Positions 20,614 through 30,413 of a stretch of 64,000 nt of DNA are shown piece by piece. Position 1 is the stretch's first letter. Each line of letters starts with the position of its first letter. The notes under the pieces are model-generated. The model had not been told where the DNA came from, did no database searches, and was given only the letters and a program-made list of their open reading frames with translations. The stretch comes from a virus. The translations under genes were made by a program, and so were the position numbers. The DNA lies in the IMG/VR virus record IMGVR_UViG_3300037722_000409, positions 1 to 64,000 of that record. One strand, written 5' to 3'.

Positions 20614-21681
20614 TTGAGTAAAATACGCGTAGCAATTGTTGGGGTTGGTAATTGCGCGTCCTCACTGGTTCAGGGTATCTACAAGTACCAGGGCATCGCA
20701 GACGACACCCATGTCCCCGGCGTGATGCACAACAAGATCGGGTCCTATCGGATAAGCGACATAGAGATAGTGGCAGCGTTCGACGTCAACGAAACGAAGG
20801 TGGGAAAAGACGTCTCGACGGCCATCTACGCCGAGCCCAACAACACCTTGCGGTTCTTCGATGTCCCCTTCATGGGCGTCACAGTCCAGAAGGGCGAGGT
20901 AAACGACGGCATCGGCCAGTACCTTGAAGAGGTGATCACCATCTCTAAGGAGAAGCCAGTAGACGTGGCCCAGGTCCTCCAAGAGCGAGCGGTCGACGTA
21001 TTGATCAACTATCTGCCGGTCGGCAGTGAGAAGGCGACCGTTCACTACATCTTGGCCGCGCTTGAGTCCCACGTCGCCGTGGTGAACTGCATCCCAGTCT
21101 TCATCGCCAACAATCCTGAATGGAACGACGTCTTTATTCAGGCGGGAGTGCCCATCGTTGGTGACGACATCAAGTCTCAGGTCGGGGCGACCATCGTGCA
21201 CCGGGTACTGGCCAACCTGTTCGGTGACCGCGGCGTGGACATCGACAAGACCTTCCAGCTGAACTTTGGGGGAAATACCGACTTCCTGAACATGCTGGAA
21301 CGTGAGCGCTTAAAGTCAAAGAAGATCTCTAAGACCCAGGCGGTCACCTCGCAGATTCAGCACGACATAAAGGCCAATCAAGTGCACGTGGGACCCAGCG
21401 ACTTCGTGCCTTGGCTGAAGGACGAGAAGTGGTGCGAGATCTACATGAACGGAGAGCTGTTCGGTGGAGCGCCCATGTCGGTCGAGGTCAAACTGAAGGT
21501 GCATGACAGTCCCAACTCCGCTGGTGTTGTGGTGGACGCCGTACGGTGCGCTAAATTGGCCCTTGACCGCGGTATTGGTGGGTCAGTGACCGCCGCCAGC
21601 GCCTTCTTCATGAAGTCACCCAACATCCAGTACACGGACAGTGAAGCCAAGACGATGTTGGAGGAGTTCATCCGTGGGTAG
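20614..21681 (+). CDS. ino1: myo-inositol-1-phosphate synthase
   Basis: [66 protein letters not shown]. Confidence 0.97.
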   Translation: MSKIRVAIVGVGNCASSLVQGIYKYQGIADDTHVPGVMHNKIGSYRISDIEIVAAFDVNETKVGKDVSTAIYAEPNNTLRFFDVPFMGVTVQKGEVNDGIGQYLEEVITISKEKPVDVAQVLQERAVDVLINYLPVGSEKATVHYILAALESHVAVVNCIPVFIANNPEWNDVFIQAGVPIVGDDIKSQVGATIVHRVLANLFGDRGVDIDKTFQLNFGGNTDFLNMLERERLKSKKISKTQAVTSQIQHDIKANQVHVGPSDFVPWLKDEKWCEIYMNGELFGGAPMSVEVKLKVHDSPNSAGVVVDAVRCAKLALDRGIGGSVTAASAFFMKSPNIQYTDSEAKTMLEEFIRG

Positions 21682-22306
21682 AGCAGTTATCTTCGACCTC
21701 GATGGAACTCTGGCCGACAGCATGGAGGCGTACGGGCAGTACGCCTCTACTCTTATGGCCGACACGTACAGCATCTCTTTGACAAGCGCCCTGCGCGGGT
21801 ACTTTGCGACCGCGGGAATGCCCTTCGGGGATCAACTTCAAGCGTTGTTTCCGAATCACCCCTCCAACAGGTTGGTGGCGCGGTCTTTCGCCGAGTTCAA
21901 AGAGGACTATCAAGACGCTATACACCTCTACGACGATGCCATAGCCGCGTGCAGGACGCTCAAAGACTGCGGATACGGCGTGGCGGTGTGTAGCAGCACT
22001 GATGTACCCTTGGTTCTGCACCTGCTAAAGACCAGGGGGATTCTTTCCCTGATTGATAACATCAGCGGTCAAGACGCGCGCAATCTCTCGAAGCTTCAAC
22101 GGCTGCAAGCCTTGGTTGAGCTCTTCAAGGGCCCCGTCACGTTTGTCGGTGACACGGTGTACGACGCTGACGTGGCTAAGCGCGCCAACATCAATTTTGT
22201 AGGAGTCACGCACACCATTGACGGCCAGAGCTTCGCGGCGCTAAACGTTCCGTTTGCCGCCACCTTGACCGCCGTCGTGCAGAGGATAGTGAAGCATGGA
22301 AATTAA
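21674..22306 (+). CDS. HAD-superfamily phosphatase
   Basis: [21 protein letters not shown]; GTG start overlapping the ino1 stop. Confidence 0.9.
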   Translation: MGRAVIFDLDGTLADSMEAYGQYASTLMADTYSISLTSALRGYFATAGMPFGDQLQALFPNHPSNRLVARSFAEFKEDYQDAIHLYDDAIAACRTLKDCGYGVAVCSSTDVPLVLHLLKTRGILSLIDNISGQDARNLSKLQRLQALVELFKGPVTFVGDTVYDADVAKRANINFVGVTHTIDGQSFAALNVPFAATLTAVVQRIVKHGN

Positions 22307-23270
22307 CCACAACACGATGTTCACGGAGTTCTGCCGGTTAGAGCTGAGCACAGGCGGGCCAGACCCTCAGGTAGAGATAATCGCCCAAGCTGGGCAGGGG
22401 GAACAAGAGAAGGGGTGGCTTGCTGGATGCTTTATAGGACCCTACACCGTCGGAGCCGCCGCAGCCCTCAACGCCGGGACCACTCGCGCGAAGGTTCTGC
22501 AGGACCCAGCTGGCCTTACAACGTGGATCGGTCGTAACTGGGCAGGCTTGCCGATACGTCGTGAACGGCGAGCGGTCTGGAAGATAGAGAAGCTCTCCGA
22601 GTGCCTACACAGCTACGCCGTGTGGTCGGAGTATACCCTTCCCGGCCTGATTTACGCCTCCTTTGACACGGTCTGGGACTCTCTCGATAAAGAGGTACGG
22701 TACGTCGGGCGGTACGCCTCGATGAAGCTGATAGAGGTGCTGTACCGCCAGAACTTGCTGCAAAACGCGCGGCAAGACAGCATCGTGCCTGACGGAGCGT
22801 GGAGCCCGCGCAAGACTCTTGGTCTTTTGCACCCGGAGGACGTAGCTGAGTTCCCAGGCTTGCTGACCGGCAACAGCGTCGCTACACTGCAGCGTGTCAA
22901 CGAGGTGGCCAACACACGACGGCTTACCTTGAACAAGGACCTGAACACGACGGTGTCTTTCTTCGACTACGAGACGATGCTCTGCAACTACCGACAAGCC
23001 CTGAAGGGAAAGTACCCAGGCCGGTCTCACGACCGTGAGCTGGCCTACTACATCAAGGCGTTCTCAGTCTCTAGTCAGCGCGACGACTCCTTCCCGTTCG
23101 CCAAGATACGGCGAGAGCGGTTCAATAACCACTGCCTGGGGGAGCTAAACGGGTGGGGTGGAGCGCGCAAAGAGCTCGAGACCATCTTTGACGACCATGG
23201 GTACTTCTGGTGCGACACCGTTTTCGACTACAAGAATACCGCGGACTTTGCCAACCCCGTACGATGGTAA
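22296..23270 (+). CDS. DNA-base transferase, aGPT-PPlase2 / amino acid:DNA transferase family (HhH glycosylase-like fold)
   Basis: GGPDP, LPIRRERR, VGRYASMKLIEVL, ETMLCNYR...GKYPGRSHD, LGELNGWGGARKE; context with P-loop kinase and TS homologue. Confidence 0.75.
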   Translation: MEINHNTMFTEFCRLELSTGGPDPQVEIIAQAGQGEQEKGWLAGCFIGPYTVGAAAALNAGTTRAKVLQDPAGLTTWIGRNWAGLPIRRERRAVWKIEKLSECLHSYAVWSEYTLPGLIYASFDTVWDSLDKEVRYVGRYASMKLIEVLYRQNLLQNARQDSIVPDGAWSPRKTLGLLHPEDVAEFPGLLTGNSVATLQRVNEVANTRRLTLNKDLNTTVSFFDYETMLCNYRQALKGKYPGRSHDRELAYYIKAFSVSSQRDDSFPFAKIRRERFNNHCLGELNGWGGARKELETIFDDHGYFWCDTVFDYKNTADFANPVRW

Positions 23271-23298
23271 GCCCGAGTATAATAGACAGAGGTGGTAA

Positions 23299-23721
23299 AT
23301 GAAGGTCTACACCGTTATTGAAGATCAGTTGTTTATGCGGCCCGAGTTCCACAAGCTGAAGAACAAGATCGTTGATCTTCAAGCCCTGAAGATAGACACG
23401 GTGTTCTGCATGCTTCAACGTGGCGACGCAGACCTGCCCGGCGTGGTCGAGTACATTCACCGCCCACTTCCTGACGGCAAGACCATCGATATTCCCTACG
23501 TCTACTCTATAGTGGACGAGGTCGAGAACTGCCTGTCTCAAGGAAAGCGCGTCCTGGTCCACTGCATCGCCGGCAAGAACCGCTCAGGGCTAATCTGCGC
23601 CTTGACTGTTCGTCGAGCGCTAGGGTTATCTGGCGCTGCAGCTGTCGCCCACGTACGCCACTGCCGACCCGGGGCTCTCACCAATCCCTATTTCGTCGAG
23701 TACCTAGAGAAACTTTTATAG
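23299..23721 (+). CDS. Cys-based (PTP/dual-specificity) phosphatase
   Basis: PLPD, HCIAGKNRS (CX5R), VRHCRPGALTNPYF. Confidence 0.9.
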   Translation: MKVYTVIEDQLFMRPEFHKLKNKIVDLQALKIDTVFCMLQRGDADLPGVVEYIHRPLPDGKTIDIPYVYSIVDEVENCLSQGKRVLVHCIAGKNRSGLICALTVRRALGLSGAAAVAHVRHCRPGALTNPYFVEYLEKLL

Positions 23722-23732
23722 AGAGGGGGCTT

Positions 23733-24293
23733 ATGCTTATTAACGTGCGTGGAACTAATGGTAGCGGAAAGTCTACCGCGGTACGCTATCTTCTGGACAC
23801 CTACGGCAACACCAACAAGATCGAGCAAGAGGGGTGGCGCAAGACCAGCGCCTCCGTCGTAGGATACAGACTGCCAGGCAACTTGATCATCGCCGGCCGC
23901 TACGAGTACTTTCAGATGGGCGGACTGGACGGCTTCAAGTACGCCAAGATGTGGGAGGAACTGCTGCCCGCTCTGGCGGCCGAGGCGGACCACTTGGTCT
24001 TTGAGAGCATCCTCATCTCCGGAAACGTCGGGCGTGGGAAGGCTCTGGCCGCGCAGTTTCCCTGCACCTTCGCCTTCATGGACACCACCGCTGACGAGTG
24101 CATCCGGCGCATATACGCCCGCAACGGCGGGGCCGAGTTCAAGGAAAAGCTGGTGCGAGACACTCACGGGCGCATGCAGGTGATCAAGCGCAACTTCACG
24201 GCTCAAGGCGAGCTGGTAACCGAGATCCACGACGGGCCTGGTCTAGAGGCGCTGCTTCGTCAGAACGGGTGGAACCCGTCTACTGGAGTATAA
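23733..24293 (+). CDS. P-loop kinase, 5-hydroxymethylpyrimidine DNA kinase-like
   Basis: INVRGTNGSGKST, GRYE...GGLDG, VFESILIS, ECIRRIYARNG. Confidence 0.7.
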   Translation: MLINVRGTNGSGKSTAVRYLLDTYGNTNKIEQEGWRKTSASVVGYRLPGNLIIAGRYEYFQMGGLDGFKYAKMWEELLPALAAEADHLVFESILISGNVGRGKALAAQFPCTFAFMDTTADECIRRIYARNGGAEFKEKLVRDTHGRMQVIKRNFTAQGELVTEIHDGPGLEALLRQNGWNPSTGV

Positions 24294-24299
24294 TAGCTT

Positions 24300-25244
24300 A
24301 TGTGGATACTTCTTGAAGGCGCTGACGGAGTTGGTAAGTCAACCCTTGCACGTAACCTTTGCAGCCAGCATGGATACGACTACCTGCACTTCGGGGTTCC
24401 AGACAGTCACCCTATCGACTACTGGATGCGTGAGGGGCTTGAGGCAGCTCGGGACAACCACGTCATCGACCGGCTCCACCTGAGCGAGGAAGCCTACGGA
24501 CAGGTATATCGTGGCGGGTCCAAGCTCACCGAGCACCAGTTTTGGCTCTTGGAAGGGTGGCTTTGGGCGCGCAACACCATCTTGGTACTGTGCACCACCT
24601 CCTGGGAGAACATGCGTGAGAACCAGACCAAGGTCAAGGGCGTGTACCACGACGAGCGCCAGAAGCAGATCGTGAGCGAGTTTACGAAGCTGATAACTCG
24701 CACCTCCCTTCCCCTGTGTATCTATAACTACACTCACCATAACGGAGTGCTTCCCCCAGCGCGGGTGGTTATCAGCCCCCTCACTGGTCATGACGCCAGC
24801 TACACCCTATATGACGCCTTGCACCGTCGTGACTCAGCGGTAGATTTTAACGACGCCGGAATCGGCTCTGTTCAACCAAGGGTGTGGCTAGTGGGCGACC
24901 AGCCCAACCCGAAACGAGAGGCCCCTGTCACCGCCTTGTTTCAACCCCCGTTCCAGAGTTCCAGCGGAGAGTATCTACGAAAAGCTGTAGACTCACCGTA
25001 CTTTTGGTCAGACCATCACGTAAGCAACTCCCGCGACGTAGAGGGTCAGCCTTACGACCTCCCAGTAACGTGGGAGCGTCTTGGGCGCCCAAGTATCGTG
25101 GCTCTTGGCAATAACTCAGCCAAGGCCTTAACGGCCGCCAAGCTGCCCTACAACAAGGTGCCCCACCCGCAGTGGTGGCGCCGATTCCAGCACAACAATA
25201 CGGAGGGATACCGCAGTGCAATTGAACACGCATCTCGAAGCTGA
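24300..25244 (+). CDS. dNMP kinase fused to a UDG-superfamily-like domain
   Basis: LEGADGVGKST, IDRLHLSE.AYG; C-terminal LVGDQP..PF..SSG.YL...IVALGN...PHPQW. Confidence 0.75.
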   Translation: MWILLEGADGVGKSTLARNLCSQHGYDYLHFGVPDSHPIDYWMREGLEAARDNHVIDRLHLSEEAYGQVYRGGSKLTEHQFWLLEGWLWARNTILVLCTTSWENMRENQTKVKGVYHDERQKQIVSEFTKLITRTSLPLCIYNYTHHNGVLPPARVVISPLTGHDASYTLYDALHRRDSAVDFNDAGIGSVQPRVWLVGDQPNPKREAPVTALFQPPFQSSSGEYLRKAVDSPYFWSDHHVSNSRDVEGQPYDLPVTWERLGRPSIVALGNNSAKALTAAKLPYNKVPHPQWWRRFQHNNTEGYRSAIEHASRS

Positions 25245-26151
25245 CCACATGGACGAGCTATACCCTATGATCCTCGAGTATATTCTCGAGCACGGTGACA
25301 TGGTCAGTCCCCGTGGGTTACTTACCAGAGAGGTCCGGCCCCTGTCGTTCACCTTGACCAACCCGCTGAACCGGGCTGTCACCTTGAAAGAGCGCAAGAT
25401 GAACCATGCGTTCGGCTTGATCGAGGCGCTCCAGTTTACCAGTGGAACCACCAACGGCGCCCAGCAGATACGGTACAACAGCAACATCAAGAACTGGGTA
25501 GACCCGATATCTGGCGAGATCGAGGCAGCGTACGGGGTCTTAACAGCCCCTCAAGTTCCGTACGTGATCGAGACTCTGACCAAAGACCCTGACAGCCGCC
25601 AGGCGATCCTTTCAATCTACAACGGACAGTTACACCAGCGCCCGATGTTGAACGTCCCGTGCACCTGCACCTTGCAGTTCTTCCTGAGACAAGGAGCCCT
25701 CGAGCTGGTCGTGTACATGCGGTCGAACGACGTTTGGTGGGGTACCCCCTACGACGTGTTCCAGTTCACCGCCATGCAAGAGATGATCGCCTGCGCTCTT
25801 GGCGCACGGCTGGGTAAATACACTCACACCGCCGGCAGCTCCCACGTCTACGAGCCGTTCTTTGAGAGCGCGGCCACCTTGATACATAACCATGGCGTGC
25901 GTGATCAAGCGGCGCAGAGTTTCATTGGCCAAGACCCCCTGTTCCCGACCACGAAGACTTCTCTAGTTGTGCTTCGCAACAGTGCCCGGGCCGTACTGGT
26001 TGCTGAGGTCATAGTGCACGGGTCACAGCGCGAACGAGACCACGTGTTAACCACCTGGAACGACAACACTACTGTGTGCGCGGATCCATTTAACGCGCAC
26101 ATAAAGACCCTCTGCGAGTACCAAGACAGCAAAATTATACGGAGGAAATAA
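25216..26151 (+). CDS. Thymidylate synthase-family enzyme, probable dCMP hydroxymethylase
   Basis: DPDSRQA, VPCT, MRSND, GTPYD (Asp at the Asn177-equivalent position), GSSHVYE. Confidence 0.8.
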   Translation: MQLNTHLEADHMDELYPMILEYILEHGDMVSPRGLLTREVRPLSFTLTNPLNRAVTLKERKMNHAFGLIEALQFTSGTTNGAQQIRYNSNIKNWVDPISGEIEAAYGVLTAPQVPYVIETLTKDPDSRQAILSIYNGQLHQRPMLNVPCTCTLQFFLRQGALELVVYMRSNDVWWGTPYDVFQFTAMQEMIACALGARLGKYTHTAGSSHVYEPFFESAATLIHNHGVRDQAAQSFIGQDPLFPTTKTSLVVLRNSARAVLVAEVIVHGSQRERDHVLTTWNDNTTVCADPFNAHIKTLCEYQDSKIIRRK

Positions 26152-26153
26152 CC

Positions 26154-26438
26154 ATGGAAAACACCGGCATTAGACCCCTGGGACCCCGCCTGGCAGTTCA
26201 ATTGATGACTGTTAGGGAAACCACCCGCGATAGCGGCATCATTCTCTCCCAGACCGACTCAGTGGACACCTACAAGGCCGAGGTCATCGTGATCGGCCCC
26301 ATGGTAAAGTTCATCAAGGCCGGCGAGATCGTACTGCTGACCGTGGGCGCCATACAGGGCGCGATCTTCGAACACAACCAGCAGCACTACGCCATGGTCT
26401 TCGAGGGCGACGTTCTGGCCGTGCTGGACCGGTCCTAG
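26154..26438 (+). CDS. groES: GroES-like co-chaperonin
   Basis: IRPLGPRLAV, T.SGIIL, VIVIGP...KAGEIV, EGDVLAVL. Confidence 0.85.
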   Translation: MENTGIRPLGPRLAVQLMTVRETTRDSGIILSQTDSVDTYKAEVIVIGPMVKFIKAGEIVLLTVGAIQGAIFEHNQQHYAMVFEGDVLAVLDRS

Positions 26439-26492
26439 TAGATTTACCTAGCGGGCCACTCAAGATATAATAGTTCATGGGACGGTTGCATA

Positions 26493-26789
26493 ATGATCAC
26501 CATCAATGGCGAGATAGTTCCTTCCGAACCGCGACCGCCCCGTGAGCGTTCAGCCCGCTTGATGCAGGGAAAGGTTCCGTGGGTATCACCCTCTGAGGAG
26601 AACCTAACCCCACCATCGTGGTTTCACAAGCTCGTGATCTGCAACGACGACTGTGACAACTGCATCATGAACACGCCAAGCGGGTGCGCCAAGGAATGCT
26701 TTCGGTTTCCAGATCTAGTCTGTGAGGGCTGCCCATGTCGCGCCAGCAAGTTTGCCGATGTCACCGATAACGCCCCCGCTATTTCCTGA
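26493..26789 (+). CDS. Cys-rich hypothetical protein
   Basis: ORF with multiple Cys pairs. Confidence 0.55.
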   Translation: MITINGEIVPSEPRPPRERSARLMQGKVPWVSPSEENLTPPSWFHKLVICNDDCDNCIMNTPSGCAKECFRFPDLVCEGCPCRASKFADVTDNAPAIS

Positions 26790-26905
26790 GGACGACTACA
26801 CCTACTGTAACACGTGCGTGGAGTGCGGGCACCCGTTTCAAAGCTCAGACATGTACGCCCAGTTGTGCGACCCGTGTCTGACAACTCTCGGACTTCACAT
26901 AGAGG

Positions 26906-27412
26906 ATGGTGATAATGACCCAGAATACTAACGAATCCATGCCCGAGCTGATCACCGCGTTAATGGCAGACGTAGAGCGACTTAAAGTCCTCAAAGAGGA
27001 GAGCGCCGCTACCACCGTCATGATACGCGCGCGTCAGCAACGTCTGGCGAGCATGGGAGTGCGCCTTGACTTCGCTGACTTGGAGGCTCCAGTACCTGTG
27101 TCTTCAAGTAACGCCACGATTGTCCATCCCGTCATCCCTCCCCGTACTGACGCTGAAACTCGCTACCCAATTGAACCCGCGGACGACGAGCTGGCTTCTC
27201 CTGAGCCTCTGGTAAGGGCGGAGCCAATCGACACGAGACCCGCGGCCCAGATTGCTAAAGAGGCGTATATACAGCCTTCGGCTGGTGACGTCGCGACGTT
27301 TCAAACCTCTATAGCCAGCAGCTTTGAGCGAGTGATCGCTGCAGGCTTCGCTGACGCTGCTGATAAGGCGGCCAAGTTTAAGGGAGCAAACTCTCTGTTT
27401 GGGGGGTTCTAA
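26906..27412 (+). CDS. Hypothetical protein
   Basis: ORF. Confidence 0.55.
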   Translation: MVIMTQNTNESMPELITALMADVERLKVLKEESAATTVMIRARQQRLASMGVRLDFADLEAPVPVSSSNATIVHPVIPPRTDAETRYPIEPADDELASPEPLVRAEPIDTRPAAQIAKEAYIQPSAGDVATFQTSIASSFERVIAAGFADAADKAAKFKGANSLFGGF

Positions 27413-27414
27413 CC

Positions 27415-27990
27415 ATGTCAGACCTTCCGACGTTTAGAGAACAACTGTCCGAGGTCTTGAGCGCTCGTGCGACGGAGCAAGAGTCCCCGTGGCTTGGTGA
27501 CTTTGAGATAACCACCCGGGCTGCGCTTGAGCCACTGTTCGTCTTCCATCCTGACAACACCTCACTGAAGGATAACTGCCACTATCTACACCCCAACGCT
27601 ATCATCGCGTTCCAGGGTGGGCACATCGCCCAGGTAGAGGGTCTCTCCTTTGAGGACTTCGCGCGAGGAGCTGCGACGATAGGCAGTGTTCTGCACAGCA
27701 ACGACGCAGACCGATTGGCGGACCTGATAAAGCTTCAGTTGGAGGTCATGCACCAGCGAGCCCTCAGTGCTGAGAACCCGTATCCCAACATCCTCGATCG
27801 GTTATTCAGCGCCTATACTCGGTGCGTTACTCTCATCCTATTGAACGAGGAGCGCACCACCTGGCGCCCATTGCTGGCCTACACGGTTGGGTTTCTCTGG
27901 GTCCTGGGGTTGGTCACGGCGCAGAAGAGAGAAGAAGGTGAAGTACTCGACGTTTTGGTAGGACAAGTGAAGCGTGGCACGTACTACTGA
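27415..27990 (+). CDS. Hypothetical protein
   Basis: ORF. Confidence 0.55.
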   Translation: MSDLPTFREQLSEVLSARATEQESPWLGDFEITTRAALEPLFVFHPDNTSLKDNCHYLHPNAIIAFQGGHIAQVEGLSFEDFARGAATIGSVLHSNDADRLADLIKLQLEVMHQRALSAENPYPNILDRLFSAYTRCVTLILLNEERTTWRPLLAYTVGFLWVLGLVTAQKREEGEVLDVLVGQVKRGTYY

Positions 27991-28675
27991 CGGGCCCAAC
28001 CTTGGGGGGCGCCCACTCAAGATAACAGACCCAGAACGCCTCGAGACGCTGGCCGACATGAAGATGACGGAACAGCTGACCTGGGCTGAGCTGGCCGAGT
28101 GGTATGAAGAGGAGTACGGAGAGTCCGTGCACCCGCAGACCCTTCGGCAAGCTTTGATCCGTGACGGCTCGGTCCTACGCATCCACGAGCGAGCCAGCAA
28201 GCAGGTACGGCACGCCCTAGAGCACGTCTGGGACCAGGTAGACATCCTTCGCCTAATCACCTTTGCCTTCAACGGCAAGTTTACCGAGTGGAGCTTGATC
28301 TACGAGAAGGTCATGCAGTCGTACGTTGACGAGCAGACATTCGTCACCGACGAGCAGGTGCAGCGCATGGACGTCCTCTGGAACGACCTGACCAGCTTCT
28401 TCATGCGCGCCTTAGAAGTGATGAAGGACCTCAAAGGAGGCAACGCCGCCATTCCTGAGCTGGAGATACTCTTGCGCTCGAGCAGCGCGACGGTAGGCAT
28501 CACCGTGGAGGATGGAGCGTTAAACTCTCAGGTCCTCACGGACCTGATCGCGAGCGTCGCGGAGAAGACCGCTAAGATGCTGGACGGCGTGCACAGCAAG
28601 CACCGAAAAGAAGGACACGGCTTTTACCGCACGATAGACGCCGCGGAAGAAGACTTGATGGAAGTTGACGTATAG
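27974..28675 (+). CDS. Probable terminase small subunit
   Basis: GGRP + HTH-like N terminus; directly upstream of TerL. Confidence 0.5.
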   Translation: MARTTDGPNLGGRPLKITDPERLETLADMKMTEQLTWAELAEWYEEEYGESVHPQTLRQALIRDGSVLRIHERASKQVRHALEHVWDQVDILRLITFAFNGKFTEWSLIYEKVMQSYVDEQTFVTDEQVQRMDVLWNDLTSFFMRALEVMKDLKGGNAAIPELEILLRSSSATVGITVEDGALNSQVLTDLIASVAEKTAKMLDGVHSKHRKEGHGFYRTIDAAEEDLMEVDV

Positions 28676-30192
28676 TGGCGCGTGTTCTAAAGGGGACTAG
28701 TCTAACTGGTCCTCCAGCCCCCTTTACCGCTGTAGAAAAAGCCCACCTCGCCCTTGGGCTAAATTTCTTTTGGTATTGGTTAGACAACATCTTCATTAGG
28801 TCGTTTGAAGGGCAAACGTTCTACAGTCCGAAAAGCGGTGAGAGGGCAGGTTTTGAGTTTGGAGACGTGCATCGTGAGTGGGCGCTGCTCGCGCAGTTCT
28901 CACCCCGGCTGTGTCTCCAGTCCGCGCGTGGTCACCTTAAGACGACCGTGCTCGGGCAAGCGTTTCCATTTTGGCTTATGGCCAAGGCAGGGGTTGATAA
29001 GAACGAGACGTACGTGGACGGAGTGTACTTCAGCTACAATGACACCCTTGCCTCTGAGAAGACAGCTGACTTGAAGCGGTTCATACGGTCTAACCCGTAC
29101 GCTCGTTTCTGGAAGGACTTAAAGCCCTCCGCAGAGTCGGTCATAAACTACCTCATCGACTGGGGCGAGGGGCCAGTCGCTGAAGTCTTCCTAAGGCCCT
29201 CAGGTATTAAGGCCGCGACTCGTGGACGGCACCCTAAGTTCGTGGTGGCGGACGACATCTTGAGCGACTTTAGCAACCCGCTCTCGAGCTCGGAGCTTCG
29301 CTTGATCAGTCGTATCTTCAGGAACGCGATCATGTCGATGCCCTCTAACCCGAACGACCCTATCGTGCTGATAGGCACACCTCAGGCCTACGAGGACATC
29401 CTGTACCAGCTAGCTGACGACGAGGAGTGGATGTGGGTGACCTACCCGGCAGTCAAGAACTGGGACACCCAAGAGACGCAGTGGCCTGAAAAGTACGACT
29501 TCAACCGCTTGATGCGGATACGCAAGTCTCACGGCGCTGCCTCGTTCGCCACAGAGCAGCAGCTCGTGCCGGTGACCATCTCTGACCAGTTCCTCACGCG
29601 AGAGGACCTAGCACCGATCGTCGACGCCACCTTGAAGATGTGGGACCTCACGAAGGAGTTTCCTAACCGGGCTGGCCTTGGAACCTACGGGGGCTTGGAC
29701 ATCGGTAAGGACGTGCACCCGTCACACGTGATAGTCTTCGTAGAGCTGCCTAATAAGACGTTGGTGCCGCTCTATCACTCGTTTCTGGACCACATGGAGT
29801 ATCCAAAGCAGGTGCGCTTGCTGAACTTCTTAGCCAATCACTTTAAGCTCAAGGGATATTTCGACCGTACCAACAACGTGTTGGACGACCGAGGACTCAG
29901 TAGACGGTGGCACGGAAAGTCCTTCAATAAGCGGTTAAAGGCAAACATGGCGCTTATGTTCGAGAAGCGTGTGTTTGCAGACCTCGACGAAGGGGATCCG
30001 GGACTGGTACTTCCCGCCGACGAGCGGTACTTGAACCAGGTCTCTATGGTACGCCGTGACCTCACCGCTACAGCGGGCCCAGACGGTCACGGGGACTCGT
30101 TCTGGTCGACAGCGCTCGCCATAAAGGCAGCCAACGACGGGCCAAGCATCGTAAACGTTGGCAGTGCCAGCGCGCAGAGGAGTAATACCTGA
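28675..30192 (+). CDS. terL: Terminase large subunit
   Basis: ARGHLKTT, TRGRHP, VVADDI, IGTP, GGLDIG, HGDSFWS. Confidence 0.9.
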   Translation: MARVLKGTSLTGPPAPFTAVEKAHLALGLNFFWYWLDNIFIRSFEGQTFYSPKSGERAGFEFGDVHREWALLAQFSPRLCLQSARGHLKTTVLGQAFPFWLMAKAGVDKNETYVDGVYFSYNDTLASEKTADLKRFIRSNPYARFWKDLKPSAESVINYLIDWGEGPVAEVFLRPSGIKAATRGRHPKFVVADDILSDFSNPLSSSELRLISRIFRNAIMSMPSNPNDPIVLIGTPQAYEDILYQLADDEEWMWVTYPAVKNWDTQETQWPEKYDFNRLMRIRKSHGAASFATEQQLVPVTISDQFLTREDLAPIVDATLKMWDLTKEFPNRAGLGTYGGLDIGKDVHPSHVIVFVELPNKTLVPLYHSFLDHMEYPKQVRLLNFLANHFKLKGYFDRTNNVLDDRGLSRRWHGKSFNKRLKANMALMFEKRVFADLDEGDPGLVLPADERYLNQVSMVRRDLTATAGPDGHGDSFWSTALAIKAANDGPSIVNVGSASAQRSNT

Positions 30193-30413
30193 TGATAGCA
30201 CACGGCATAGGGCTAGACAACACCAAAGTACGCACGGATCGCTATACTCGACGACACATCGAGAATCAGCTTCACGTCTGGGAGCACCGCTTAGAGCTCG
30301 TGACGCGGTATATGCCTGCAAAAGGCTTTACCACAGAGCAGGTCGACGCGGCTGTCGCCGAGTGTGAGAAGATGCTTGACTGGTACGATCGACTTTTGGA
30401 GCAATACGAATAG
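30192..30413 (+). CDS. Hypothetical protein
   Basis: ORF coupled to TerL. Confidence 0.55.
   Translation: MIAHGIGLDNTKVRTDRYTRRHIENQLHVWEHRLELVTRYMPAKGFTTEQVDAAVAECEKMLDWYDRLLEQYE

Noticed and set aside
20614-21681. ino1 as a simple auxiliary metabolic gene for host lipids or mycothiol
   Set aside because: Not excluded, but disfavoured because it is translationally coupled to the HAD and DNA-base transferase inside a modification cluster.
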